NCBI GenBank assembly: GCA_963728205.1
Contig: CAVSIV010000006.1
Location: 830,831-894,830 of the forward strand
Source of the DNA: an uncultured Chloroflexia bacterium
GTDB lineage: Bacteria > Chloroflexota > Dehalococcoidia > UBA2979
Length of the DNA stretch: 64,000 nt
Direction: 5' to 3'
The notes under the pieces are model-generated. The model worked only from the letters and a program-made list of their open reading frames with translations. It had not been told where the DNA came from and ran no database searches. Shown here piece after piece: positions 32,190 through 41,577 of the stretch (the stretch's first letter is position 1; each line of letters opens with the position of its first letter). A program made the position numbers and the translations under genes.

Positions 32190-33488
32190 TTGCCGATTCT
32201 GCGTGCTTGCCCGGCGCCCACGTGTCCCATTACCGTCGAGCTTCGGCGGGGTCAGAGGGACGGCGATCCGGTGCACACCCGCCACTGGCACCTGAACGGT
32301 GCCTCGACTCGCGTTCTCATCGGTCTGTTCCTGCTGCTCGTCGCCCTCGTCGGGGGACGGCCAGCGACGGCATCGGCGCAGACCCCCGCCTGGGTCGACA
32401 CGGGCGGGGACTGCCTGCGCATGCGTGCCGAGCCCGGACTGCAGGGAGCGGACCTGACCTGCCTTCCCCACGGCACCGCGATCACGCTCCTCGCCGGCTC
32501 CGAGCAGCGAGATGGATTCACATGGCGCCAGGTCGAGTACCAGGCGCGGGTGGGGTGGGTCGCAGCGCCGTACATCACGACCCAGCCGCAGGATGTCCAG
32601 CCGCTCACCGAGCGCCCGCACGGGGCGCCTCCCGGGCTCCTCGAGCCCCCTGTCGGCGGGATGACCATGGGACTCGTGTCGGGTGCCGATCCGGCGGCGA
32701 TCATCGCCGCTCTCCCTTACCCGGTCGTGAGCATGTGGCACCTCGATATCGCCTCGCAGCAGCTGCTGCGCTTCGTCCCGGGCGCACCTCCGTTCGTCAA
32801 CACGCTCATGACGCTTGACCCCGGCGACGTCGTCTCGGTGACGCGGGCGGGAGCGATTGCCGCCGTGGGCCCCCCGCCCGAGGCCTCGCTGACCGTCGCA
32901 GGAACGCCAGACGTCCTGATGGTCCCCCCGGTCGGCGGCGTGACACAGGGGCTCTCCGGGACGACCGATCCGAAGTTCCTCGCTCAGGCACAGCCCTTCA
33001 CGGTGGAGAGCGTCTCGTACTTCGACGTGGGATCGCAGCAGTGGCTGGTATACGTGCCCGGCGCTCCGGATGCGGCAAACACATTGCGGCAAGGTCAGCT
33101 TCGAGTCGACAGCGTTGTTTCGGTCATGCGCGGCCCGGACGCGGCACCCGTCCCGGGGTCCGCAACCGCCACTCGCTTCGAGACAACGATCACGTATTAC
33201 TACTGCGTTCCCGGTTCGAATCAGGCCGGGATCGGTGACGTCGGTGGGTACTGTGGTGCGATGGCAAACGGCGACCCCGTGCACGCGGGTGCTGCCGCAT
33301 GTGCGCCGCAGAACCTGGGCCAACGGTTCACCATCGAGGGGGATCCGACGGGCCGGACGTACACCTGTGCCGACACCGGTGGCTCGGTCCTCCAGGACCA
33401 CCGGGACGTCTGGTTCATGAACAGCGATGACGGGTACGCGTGGTGGGGCCGGGTCGGGCCCACGGCCATCATCGACATCGTGAACTAG
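32190..33488 (+). CDS. secreted cell-wall protein: SH3b-like domain, two copies of the PGAP-FVN module, C-terminal 3D (DPBB) domain
   Basis: 432 aa; the start is uncertain and an in-frame GTG downstream is possible. Signal peptide LIGLFLLLVALVGGRPATASA. SH3b-like CLRMRAEPG ... WRQVEYQARVGWVAAPYI. Two module copies (FVPGAPPFVNTL and YVPGAPDAANTL). The 3D-like end is GAMANGDPVHAGAAACA ... YTCADTGGSVLQDHRDVWF. Confidence 0.75.
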   Translation: MPILRACPAPTCPITVELRRGQRDGDPVHTRHWHLNGASTRVLIGLFLLLVALVGGRPATASAQTPAWVDTGGDCLRMRAEPGLQGADLTCLPHGTAITLLAGSEQRDGFTWRQVEYQARVGWVAAPYITTQPQDVQPLTERPHGAPPGLLEPPVGGMTMGLVSGADPAAIIAALPYPVVSMWHLDIASQQLLRFVPGAPPFVNTLMTLDPGDVVSVTRAGAIAAVGPPPEASLTVAGTPDVLMVPPVGGVTQGLSGTTDPKFLAQAQPFTVESVSYFDVGSQQWLVYVPGAPDAANTLRQGQLRVDSVVSVMRGPDAAPVPGSATATRFETTITYYYCVPGSNQAGIGDVGGYCGAMANGDPVHAGAAACAPQNLGQRFTIEGDPTGRTYTCADTGGSVLQDHRDVWFMNSDDGYAWWGRVGPTAIIDIVN

Positions 33489-33516
33489 CGTTCATCGCCA
33501 GGCGGCTCTCGCAGGG

Positions 33517-34758
33517 TCACGGCGTCTCCGTCGACGTCCCGGTGCCGCTCGCCGCCGGCGTGCCCGTGCCCTCCGGTGTCGGCGTGGCGCTCGCGGCCGC
33601 CTGGCGCGCAGCCTCCGCGGCCGCGGGGTCGTACGGGCGGCGCGACTCCTCCACCCAGGTGGCCCACGCCTCCTTCGGCTGGTCCTTCGTGTCGCGCAGG
33701 CCGATGTGCGCGAGCAGGTCGTACGGCGGCGCCGTCGCGAAGGAGAGATCCTGCGCGGCGAACCAGATCACCAGCGGCGAGCCCAGCCAGTTGGCGTCGT
33801 CGAACAACCGCTGCACGAAGCGGCGCTGCTCTGGCGGCGTCGACGAGTTGAAGCCCTCGCGCACCTGGCCGGACGAGTAACCGACCGAGGCAAATGCTAC
33901 CGGCAGCGACGAGTGATCGCGGATCTGCCGGTAATACAGCGGGGGGACCTTGCGCGCGACCTGGTACGCGAACGACGGGTACGTCGTGATCGCGACGAGG
34001 TCCATGCGGCCCTTGAACTGGTCGAGCAGCTCCCAGCGCGGCGCGTGCGGCGGCTCCCACGGGATCACGCCGAGCAGCTCCTCGTACTGGAACGTCGGGA
34101 ACACCTGGATGTCCGGCGCGATCTGCTTCACGGCGTCGTACGCCTGTGCGTACGCGGTGAGGAACTGCGCATAGGCGGCAGGGTTCCGCTCGAAGGTCGC
34201 GTTGACCTCGCTGCCGATCGCAAGGAACGCGGGATGTTCGTTGCGCGCGACGAACACGGCGTCGTCGACCAGCGCCTGGCGCAGGTGGGGGTCGTCGAGC
34301 TGCTTGCCCTGCTCGTCGGCAGGCAGCCCGTTGAGGCGGTCGCGCGATGCGGGGTCGAAGACGTCGAGCGCGACCATGAGCGTGAGCCCGCGCGCCTTCG
34401 CGGCCTCGCGGTCGCTCAGCGTCTGGTCGCGCAGGCCGGCGGCGATGCTCGCGCCCGGCAGGAACGACGACCACGCCGGCGCGCGCTGGATCAGCAGCAC
34501 CTCGCCGTAGTTGGCCGCGAGGTCGAACGTCTGCTGGTAGGCGGCATCGGTGAGCTCGCTCGGCGTCGCCGAGAAGCCCATCAGGTACGCGCGCGGCGGA
34601 CCGGCGGTGGCGCGCGGCGTGCGTGAGGGCGCGGTCGTGATCTGCTCGGTGCGGCAGGCGGCGCCGATCAGCGCCACGAAGAGCAGCGCCGCGAGGAGGG
34701 TGAGCCGGCGAGTCGGGGGCACGCATGGATTGTCCCCGGCGCCGGCGGGCAGGGTCAA
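33517..34758 (-). CDS. putative lipoprotein, TIM-barrel glycoside-hydrolase-like (uncharacterised)
   Basis: 413 aa from TTG 34758; an alternative GTG lies 12 codons in. Lipobox LLFVALIGAAC. It has a T/P/A-rich C-terminal tail. The product call is tentative. Confidence 0.6.
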   Translation of the reverse strand: MTLPAGAGDNPCVPPTRRLTLLAALLFVALIGAACRTEQITTAPSRTPRATAGPPRAYLMGFSATPSELTDAAYQQTFDLAANYGEVLLIQRAPAWSSFLPGASIAAGLRDQTLSDREAAKARGLTLMVALDVFDPASRDRLNGLPADEQGKQLDDPHLRQALVDDAVFVARNEHPAFLAIGSEVNATFERNPAAYAQFLTAYAQAYDAVKQIAPDIQVFPTFQYEELLGVIPWEPPHAPRWELLDQFKGRMDLVAITTYPSFAYQVARKVPPLYYRQIRDHSSLPVAFASVGYSSGQVREGFNSSTPPEQRRFVQRLFDDANWLGSPLVIWFAAQDLSFATAPPYDLLAHIGLRDTKDQPKEAWATWVEESRRPYDPAAAEAARQAAASATPTPEGTGTPAASGTGTSTETP

Positions 34759-34787
34759 CGACGGGCGAGTCCCGGCGAGGCGTCACG

Positions 34788-34990
34788 GCGTGGCCGGCTG
34801 CGGCGTGGCCGGCTGCGGCGTGGCCGGCTGCGGCGACCGGCTACCGCGACCGGCAGCGGCGGCCGGCAGCGGCGGCCGGCAGCGGCGGCCGGCAGCGGCG
34901 GCTGCAGCCGGACCTCGGCGGCGACCGGCTACCGCGACCGGCAGCGGGGGGCGGCACCGGCGGCTGCAGCCGGGACCTCGGCGGTCACGG
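34788..34990. repeat. compound short tandem repeats next to a palindromic element
   Basis: (GGCGTGGCCGGCTGC)x3, (GGCAGCGGCGGCC)x4, and a segment of about 85 bp (GGCGACCGGCTACCGCGACCGGCAGCGG ... GGCTGCAGCCGGACCTCGGCGG) present twice. Confidence 0.8.
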
Positions 34991-35000
34991 GCGGCCCCGG

Positions 35001-35058
35001 CCACAGCGGCGGCAGACATGCCGCCGACCTGTCGGCGGCATGTCTGCCGCCGCTGTGG
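35001..35058. repeat. minimal palindromic element: the two 28-nt arms joined by a 2-nt loop
   Basis: CCACAGCGGCGGCAGACATGCCGCCGAC-CT-GTCGGCGGCATGTCTGCCGCCGCTGTGG, a perfect 28-bp inverted repeat that lacks the usual spacer. Confidence 0.9.
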
Positions 35059-35159
35059 GACTGGCGGATCGGGGAAACCCCGACGTGGAGACGCTCCCCG
35101 CCTGTCGAACATCCCCACAACGGCAGGGCCCGCACCCACCCGTGGGGAGGATTCGCCTG

Positions 35160-35381
35160 ATGGTGATGTCAATCGACGACCTGCGAAGCGAGCTGCGCTC
35201 CGTCACGTCGCCCTCGGATGCTCGCGCGCTGTTGAGCCGCGCGGCACGGATCGCCGGGGTCCCGGCGAACCGACCGCTCGAGCTCCGTGAGCTGCTCCTG
35301 GTGTGCGAGGCGCTGGCCGCCGAGGGCGGCCTGATCCAGCGCATCGCCGAGTCGGTCGCGACCCGCGCACTGACCGACTGA
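35160..35381 (+). CDS. small hypothetical protein
   Basis: 73 aa from ATG 35160, preceded by RBS GGGGAGGA. It looks helical and has no recognisable motif. Confidence 0.55.
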   Translation: MVMSIDDLRSELRSVTSPSDARALLSRAARIAGVPANRPLELRELLLVCEALAAEGGLIQRIAESVATRALTD

Positions 35382-35652
35382 ACGCCGGCTCCCGCGCCAA
35401 TCGCGGCGCGCACCAGTCGTCGCAGCCGCCGCGCGCGGCCGGACCGCCGGCCGCGCGTCGTCGCGCCCACGCCGCTCGGGAACGCGCGTCTCGAATGGCG
35501 AACAGACCGCAGGCTCCGCTCCCCATCTCCCCTGTGCCGCCCGCAATCGGTGCCGATGATTGGCATGTCAGGGTTTCCCCTACGGGGCGCCTCCGGGACG
35601 ACACCCGACGACACGACGTCGCGGGCAGGCCGGGGACGAAGGGAGGCGGGCG

Positions 35653-36102
35653 TTGCTGAGCAGGCTGTTCGGACGGCTTCGTCGCGATCCGCTCCGCCGC
35701 CGGGTCGAGGCATCGATCAAGCGCGGCACGGGACTGTCGAAGAGCGAGTGGCTCCTCACCGAGCTTCCCTTCGACGACGACGACATCAATCAGCTCAACG
35801 ACGACATGGTCGGCTGGTGCCAGGAGCGCATCGCGGAGTCGCGGCGCCCGTACGGCATCGACCAGATGGCGCTCGCCGTGGCGTGCGCGGTGCCCGGCGG
35901 CCGGCCGCTGGCATCGGCGAGCTTCGGGGTCTTCCGCCCGGTCGAGTTCTACGCCGACGGCGGCGTGGCGGACCGGCTGGCGCACTTCCTGCACTCGATT
36001 CCCGTGGACGACCTCAACCGCCGCCACACCGGGGTACGCTTCGCCGCCGCGCTCTTCTCGTGGGGCGACATCGCGCGCGACACCGTGTTCGCCGACGAGT
36101 AG
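35653..36102 (+). CDS. hypothetical protein
   Basis: 149 aa from TTG 35653 (RBS GGGAGG 6 nt upstream). High GC3 in this frame. No recognisable motif. Confidence 0.55.
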   Translation: MLSRLFGRLRRDPLRRRVEASIKRGTGLSKSEWLLTELPFDDDDINQLNDDMVGWCQERIAESRRPYGIDQMALAVACAVPGGRPLASASFGVFRPVEFYADGGVADRLAHFLHSIPVDDLNRRHTGVRFAAALFSWGDIARDTVFADE

Positions 36103-36177
36103 CGCGCCGGCCGTCCCCGGAGCCTCGCGCAGCGGCAGTCCACGCGGGCTGCCGCTCGTCGGTACAGTGACCCCCAC

Positions 36178-36546
36178 ATGGAACGCGATCGCTTCCGCCG
36201 CCTCGTGCGCCGCGCCATCCGGTCGCTGCCTCCCGAGCTCGCCGCGCGTCTCGACAACGTCGACATCGTGATCGAACGCGAGCCCTCGCCATACGACCTG
36301 CAGTCAGCCCGCGAGGAGCCGGGCGCCGGCGACGTGCTGTTCGGGCTCTACATCGGCACGCCGCTCACGGAGCGCGAGCAGTACGGGATGACGCTGCCCG
36401 ATCGCATCGTGATCTTCCAGGGGCCGCTCGAGCGCGCGTTCCAGCCACGCGACATCCCGCGCGAGGTGCGCACCACCGTCGTGCACGAGCTCGCGCACCA
36501 CTTCGGCATCGACGACGAGCGGCTCGACGCGCTCGGGCTGGGCTAG
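36178..36546 (+). CDS. zincin-like metallopeptidase family protein (DUF1025-like)
   Basis: 122 aa. VVHELAHHFG is an HExxH zinc-binding motif, in a small protein with the typical LPPELAARLDNVDIVIE N-terminus. Confidence 0.75.
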   Translation: MERDRFRRLVRRAIRSLPPELAARLDNVDIVIEREPSPYDLQSAREEPGAGDVLFGLYIGTPLTEREQYGMTLPDRIVIFQGPLERAFQPRDIPREVRTTVVHELAHHFGIDDERLDALGLG

Positions 36547-36612
36547 GTGCGCGCGCGCACCGCGCGACCGCGCTAGTCTCGCCCACGGCCTGCAGCAGGA
36601 CGGGGAGAGCGC

Positions 36613-37350
36613 GTGATCAGCGAACGCTTCGTGATCGGCATCGACGACACCGACGCGCCGAGCGGCGACGGCGACGGCACGAGCGCGCTCGCGCGGCGCC
36701 TCGCGGCGAAGGCGGAGGCCGAGGGCTTCGCCACGTCGCTCGGCGTGACGCGGCACGCGCTCACCGACAGCGACAAGGTGCGGCGCACGGACCGCAACCT
36801 CTGCTACGCGGTGGAGATCGAGACCGACCGGGACGTGCTCGACGTGGAGGACTTCGTCGTGGCGTTCGTGCGCGGGGAGGCGTCGCGCGAGGCGAGCCCG
36901 GGCATGGCGCTGCTGTCGCGGCACTCCGACATGCCGCACGCGCTGGCGTTCGGGCGGCGCGCGCAGCAGGAGGTGATGAAGCTCGAGGAGGCGGAGCGCT
37001 ACGCCGCGGAGGCGAACGTGCTGCTGCGCGGGCTCGGCGGGTCGCGCGCGGGGATGATCGGCGCGCTGGCCGCCGCGGGGTTGCGCGGCGGCGGCAAGGA
37101 CGGGCGCTACACGGATCTGCGCGGCATCCGCGACCTCGCCGGCCGCGTCACCGCCGGCCAGATCCGCGCGACGAGCGACCTGCAGCGCATCCTCGACGCC
37201 GACGAGGGCGCGGAGCTCGACCGCGACGACCCAATCGAGACGCTCGACTGGATCCGGCCGCGCGTCGAGGAGGGGCAGCCCGTGCTGCGCGTGCGGCGGT
37301 CGCCGGAGGACCGGCACCTGTGGGTGCCGGTGGACCGCAAGCCGGCGTAA
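36613..37350 (+). CDS. hypothetical protein resembling the N-terminal kinase-like domain of archaeal TiaS (tentative)
   Basis: 245 aa, GTG start. FVIGIDDTDAPSG and GSRAGMIGALAAAGL recall the TiaS blocks GIDDTDS and KGRGLIGALAAVG. No OB fold or zinc ribbon follows. Confidence 0.6.
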   Translation: MISERFVIGIDDTDAPSGDGDGTSALARRLAAKAEAEGFATSLGVTRHALTDSDKVRRTDRNLCYAVEIETDRDVLDVEDFVVAFVRGEASREASPGMALLSRHSDMPHALAFGRRAQQEVMKLEEAERYAAEANVLLRGLGGSRAGMIGALAAAGLRGGGKDGRYTDLRGIRDLAGRVTAGQIRATSDLQRILDADEGAELDRDDPIETLDWIRPRVEEGQPVLRVRRSPEDRHLWVPVDRKPA

Positions 37351-37360
37351 GCCGGACCCC

Positions 37361-39274
37361 CTACCCGGCCGGCGGCACTCGCGGCACGGGATACGCGGCC
37401 GCGAGGTCGGTCCCGGTGCACGCGAACGGCTCGGCAACGACCGCGCCCCCGCCGGCCGTCACCTGGACGCCGCGCGTGCTCGACACGATGCCCATCCCGG
37501 GGAGATCGGACGCGATGTTCGCGTAGGCAATCCGCTTCGCGCCGGCGGATGCAACGTGCACGAGGTGCCGCGGGCTCGACGTGCTCGTGCGTGCGACGTA
37601 GACGTTTGCGACATCGAGCGCGGACTCCCCGCGCATCTTGAACGGCGTCGCCCGGTCCACGTAGGCGTTCACGACCCGCATGGCGGTCCCGTCCCCGAGG
37701 TCGGCGAAGGCGTCGGCGAGCGCGGACCCGTACCCGCCGAAGACGCTGACGCGGGAGCGGCAGCCTTCGACCAGCGAGACGCCGGTGTGCGCGCCGCGGA
37801 CCGAGAAGTTGCGCAGCACGATCTCGCCGCCCGCGCCGGCCGCCTCGCAGACGATGCCCGCCGAGGGCCGCCCGCCGTCCACCGCGACAAGGTCGGATGC
37901 GGTGCAGCCGTCGAGCTCGACGCGGAAGTCGCCGTCGCCGTTACGCGCGAGGATCTTCCACCCGGCGCTTGCGCCGCTCACGCTGCAGCCGACGTAGCGC
38001 GTCCCGGCGGCGCGGTCCTGGAAGCCGGTCGGAATGATGCCGCCGCCGGGCGGCGTCCGCGGCTCGCGAACCCGGCAGTTCACGAACGTCGTGTCAATCC
38101 CGGACTCGTGCGTGTCGAACGGCTCGCCTCGCGCGTTCACCGAGAGCGAGTCGTGGATCAGCGTCGCGATCGGCTCGCCGTAGAACGCCCAGCGGTCCGC
38201 CTCGAACGCCGCGTCCTTCGGATAGCCCGTCGTGAAGAGGTGGCGCGCCCCTTCGCCCTGGACGCGGATGGTGGCGGCGTAGTTGGCGCCGTACGCCTCG
38301 ACGCCGTAGCCGTAGGCGCCGATCGCGGGCGCGTTCACGATGTCGTCCGTGGTCACGTCGACGTCCGCCATCCAGCAATTGGCGAGCTTCAGCCCCGTGT
38401 CCCACGCGGAGTGGATGTGGCAATCGGCGACCTGCGGCCGCACGAGCGACTGGAGCGACACCGCGCCGGCGCCGTCCCGCGCGATCGCCTCGTCGTGCAC
38501 ATCGCCGTCGGCCTCGATCCAGAGCGAGCGCAGTGAGACCGGCTGGCGCTCGAGGACGCGGACGAGTGGCCGCCCCGCGTAGCGGAGACGAAGCAGGCCG
38601 TGCACCAGGACGTGTCGCTTCGAAGCGTCGACCGCACGAACCTCGAAGAGCTCGCCCGCATAGTTTCGCGCCCCGGCGGCGCCGTATGGGCGCGCGTCGT
38701 CCGAGTAAATCTTGCAGATGTCGTTGACGTGAAACGCCGACGCGTCGTCGACGGTCAGCCGAGTGACACGTGACTGCACGTCGAGATCGACCTCGTCGAT
38801 CGCGACGACGGGCCGGGGGTCCGAGGCGGCGCCGGCGAACGCAAAGGCGGGCGCTCCGGGGCCGTAGCGGATGCGGGTAGGCGGCCCCTGGCCCTCGATG
38901 CGCGTCGGCCGGTCCACCGGCACCGACACGCCGTGCGGGAAGATGAACGTGCCTTCGCTCAGCAGGACGCGCCCCCCGGCGGGCGGCAGGGCGGCGATCG
39001 CGCGCGCCACCTGCGCATCGTCGTTCGCGCCGTCGCAGCGGTAGTCCGCCGATGACCGGCTGCGCGCGCCGGCATCGTGCGCGGCGACGGTCACGGCGGC
39101 GCGAACGTCCTGCGAGCAGCCGTCGCCTGCGAGCGACGGATCGGGAACCACCGCTGCGCCGGCGGGGCCGGCAGCGAGCGCGGCGAGCGCCGGCGCGACC
39201 GCCGCGGCGGCGGCGGCGCGGCGAAGCAGCGCACGGCGCGTCACGGCGGTGCGGGGCTGCGGCCGGGATGGCAT
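37361..39274 (-). CDS. Tat-secreted right-handed beta-helix (pectate-lyase-fold) protein
   Basis: 637 aa from ATG 39272-39274 (RBS GGGGGAGGGAG). Twin-arginine signal TRRALLRRAAAAAAVAPALAALAAGPAGA. It has repetitive short beta-strand turns with many G/N/D/C positions. Confidence 0.75.
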   Translation of the reverse strand: MPSRPQPRTAVTRRALLRRAAAAAAVAPALAALAAGPAGAAVVPDPSLAGDGCSQDVRAAVTVAAHDAGARSRSSADYRCDGANDDAQVARAIAALPPAGGRVLLSEGTFIFPHGVSVPVDRPTRIEGQGPPTRIRYGPGAPAFAFAGAASDPRPVVAIDEVDLDVQSRVTRLTVDDASAFHVNDICKIYSDDARPYGAAGARNYAGELFEVRAVDASKRHVLVHGLLRLRYAGRPLVRVLERQPVSLRSLWIEADGDVHDEAIARDGAGAVSLQSLVRPQVADCHIHSAWDTGLKLANCWMADVDVTTDDIVNAPAIGAYGYGVEAYGANYAATIRVQGEGARHLFTTGYPKDAAFEADRWAFYGEPIATLIHDSLSVNARGEPFDTHESGIDTTFVNCRVREPRTPPGGGIIPTGFQDRAAGTRYVGCSVSGASAGWKILARNGDGDFRVELDGCTASDLVAVDGGRPSAGIVCEAAGAGGEIVLRNFSVRGAHTGVSLVEGCRSRVSVFGGYGSALADAFADLGDGTAMRVVNAYVDRATPFKMRGESALDVANVYVARTSTSSPRHLVHVASAGAKRIAYANIASDLPGMGIVSSTRGVQVTAGGGAVVAEPFACTGTDLAAAYPVPRVPPAG

Positions 39275-39438
39275 GACGGGTCGCTCCCTCCCCCGCGCCT
39301 TCCCCGGGCGCGGCGGGGCGCGGGGCGCGGTGCTCCTCGACGGTACGCGCCGGACAATCGTGCAGTCAGCGACGGGCTGCGGGGCAGTCGGGAAGACCCG
39401 CGTCGCGCGTCGCGCCGCGGCGGGCGCGCAGCCGCAGA

Positions 39439-41214
39439 TTACCGGAGCGCGACGAAGGCGCCGACCACACCCGACGCCACCCCCGAGACCCGCGCCCGTA
39501 CCCCGATCTGCCCGCCCACCGCGGACGGGGCCTCGCGCGGCGGCGGCTGCGCGCGCCGCTGCCGCGTCGTCGCAGCTGCTCGGTGCGGCGACGACGTCGT
39601 CGATCCCGTCCCACGCGGTTGGGGCGGCGAGGAGGGGGGCGACGAGGGATCCGCGCCGCGCGAGCCCGCGGAGGCGCGCCGCTGCGCCGCGGGGCGCGTG
39701 GCTTCCGAGGCGTTCGAGCCGCTCGAGGCGATCGAGCCGGTCGGCTTCGCTGCGCCCGCTGCGTGTCCGTGAGCGGCGGCTGCCTGCGGCGCGGGGGACG
39801 CGCCGGACCGGCTCGCGGAAGCGCCGCGCTCGCTCGCCGCGATGGCGCGGGAGCGGCCCGTGGCCGGCGAGCCGGCGGCCACGGGAGGCGCCCCGCTCTG
39901 CGGCGCGGGCGACACGGCGTGCGCGTACCGTCCTGCCGGGACCGACGTCCGGCTCGCCGTCGCGGGCGTCGCGGGGCTGGAGCGCCCTGCCGGCACCGCC
40001 GCGACGTCGCGGTCGGGCGTTGTGCGCGGGGCGTCGGAACCGCGCGCGCCCGGTGCCGACGGCGGCCACCAGGCCACCGGAGAGGCAGGCGATCCGAAGG
40101 AGCCGGGCCCCCGCACCGCCGGCGCAGCCTCGCCTCCAGGCGGTCCGGAGCGGGCAAGGCCGCCCGCCGTCACGGCCGCGCCGGCCGCGCCGGCCGCGCC
40201 GGCCGCGCCGGCCGCGGGCGTCGCTTCGTGGACGCGCGGGTGGCGCGGGCGTTCGCCGACCCACTCGCGACGCGCGGGACCGCCCAGCGCGACGAGCGTG
40301 AGGACGGCGAACGCCAGCATCCCGCCGAGCCCGGCCGCGTGCTTCGCGAACGAGCCGGCTCCGCGGGCGACGGCCGGCCGTCGCAACGCGGCATCGCGCC
40401 CCGACCGGCGCAGCGCGCGCAGCAGTCCGCCGGGCCGGCGGATCGCGCCGAGCAGCGCGCTCGCCGCGAGGCCCGTGCGGCGGCGGTCCTCCGGGGCGCG
40501 CATCAACGACAGCCAGCCGTCGCACGCCGCGCACTCCGCGGCGTGGCGCGCGAGCGTCGTGGACTCGCGCTCCGAGAGCGTGCCCGCCGCGAGCTCCGAG
40601 AGTCGGTGGAGCGCCTGCGTGCAGCCCACCTCGATTCCCTCGGCCCGGAGGTACGTGTCCGCGAGACGTCGGCGCGCGCGTGAGGTCAGCGTCTCCGCGG
40701 CGCCGCGCGAGACGCCGAGCGTCCGGCCAATCGCCTCGTAGGAGCGCCCCTCCAGCTCGCGCATCACGAGCGCGCGGCGCGAGCGCTCGGGCAGCAGGGA
40801 GAGCGCGACCCAGACCCGAGCGCGCTCGTCGAGCGAGAGCACCCGCTCGCCGGGGTCCGAGGCATGGATGTCGCGCGGCTGGTGCCGGGGTTGCCCGCCG
40901 TCGTCGCGATCGAGCGACACGAGCTGCGGACGGCGGCGGCGCTTGCGCAGGAAGTCGAACGCTGCGTTCAACGAGAGCCGGGACAGCCAGGATCGGAAGC
41001 GATCGGGATGCTCGAGGCCGTGCAGCGACAGCGCGACGAGGAGCCAGACCTCCTGGGCGACGTCGGCGGCGTCGTCGGGATTGCGCAGGGGACGCAGCAG
41101 GAGGTGTCGCACGTACTCGTCGTACTCGTCGACGAGTCGCTCGAAGGCGCCGGGCTCGCCATCCCGCGCGCGACGCACCCACGCACCCACATCGAACTCC
41201 ACGGGGTCGTGCAT
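39439..41214 (-). CDS. second ECF sigma factor fused to a zf-HC2 anti-sigma domain, TM helix and low-complexity tail (ECF52-like)
   Basis: 591 aa from ATG 41212-41214. Region 2 (LLLRPLRNPDDAADVAQEVWLLV) and region 4 (LPERSRRALVMRELEGRSYEAIGRTLGVSRGAAETLTSRARRRL) are followed by HAAECAACDGWLSLM, TM helix GGMLAFAVLTLVALGG, a P/A/S/G-rich tail, and a terminal hydrophobic stretch GVASGVVGAFVALR. Confidence 0.85.
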   Translation of the reverse strand: MHDPVEFDVGAWVRRARDGEPGAFERLVDEYDEYVRHLLLRPLRNPDDAADVAQEVWLLVALSLHGLEHPDRFRSWLSRLSLNAAFDFLRKRRRRPQLVSLDRDDGGQPRHQPRDIHASDPGERVLSLDERARVWVALSLLPERSRRALVMRELEGRSYEAIGRTLGVSRGAAETLTSRARRRLADTYLRAEGIEVGCTQALHRLSELAAGTLSERESTTLARHAAECAACDGWLSLMRAPEDRRRTGLAASALLGAIRRPGGLLRALRRSGRDAALRRPAVARGAGSFAKHAAGLGGMLAFAVLTLVALGGPARREWVGERPRHPRVHEATPAAGAAGAAGAAGAAVTAGGLARSGPPGGEAAPAVRGPGSFGSPASPVAWWPPSAPGARGSDAPRTTPDRDVAAVPAGRSSPATPATASRTSVPAGRYAHAVSPAPQSGAPPVAAGSPATGRSRAIAASERGASASRSGASPAPQAAAAHGHAAGAAKPTGSIASSGSNASEATRPAAQRRASAGSRGADPSSPPSSPPQPRGTGSTTSSPHRAAATTRQRRAQPPPREAPSAVGGQIGVRARVSGVASGVVGAFVALR

Positions 41215-41577
41215 CGCGCGCTGCTCTCTTCCCCCGGCAGCGCGGGAGGCTAGCACGCCCGCCCGGCCCCCGCGAGACCGCGGTGGGAGGTCGGTCGACG
41301 CGGCGGGACGCGCGTGAATCCGCGTGCCGGCGGGATGCGAGGGAACTGCAAGGCGCCGACCGGCGATGCGTGTAAGTCGGCCGAGCGACTTCACGTCTCA
41401 TTAAGCAGAGCGAATCGGCGCGGTTCGATCCGCTCGTCGCACCCCGGTCCCCGAGACGACGGCAACGACGTGGAGCCGGCGCGTGTTTCGCGCGCTCGGA
41501 GGGTTTCGCGTTCCCGACGCCGCCGGTGATCAAGCGGGGTGGGCAGCAAGCAGTGGGTCGGTGGAAAGGAGGTGAGG

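Noticed and set aside
41420-41450. A GGTTCGATCC string resembling a tRNA T-arm.
   Set aside because: The flanking bases do not form a T-stem, acceptor stem or anticodon arm, so there is no cloverleaf. No tRNA is called anywhere in the window.
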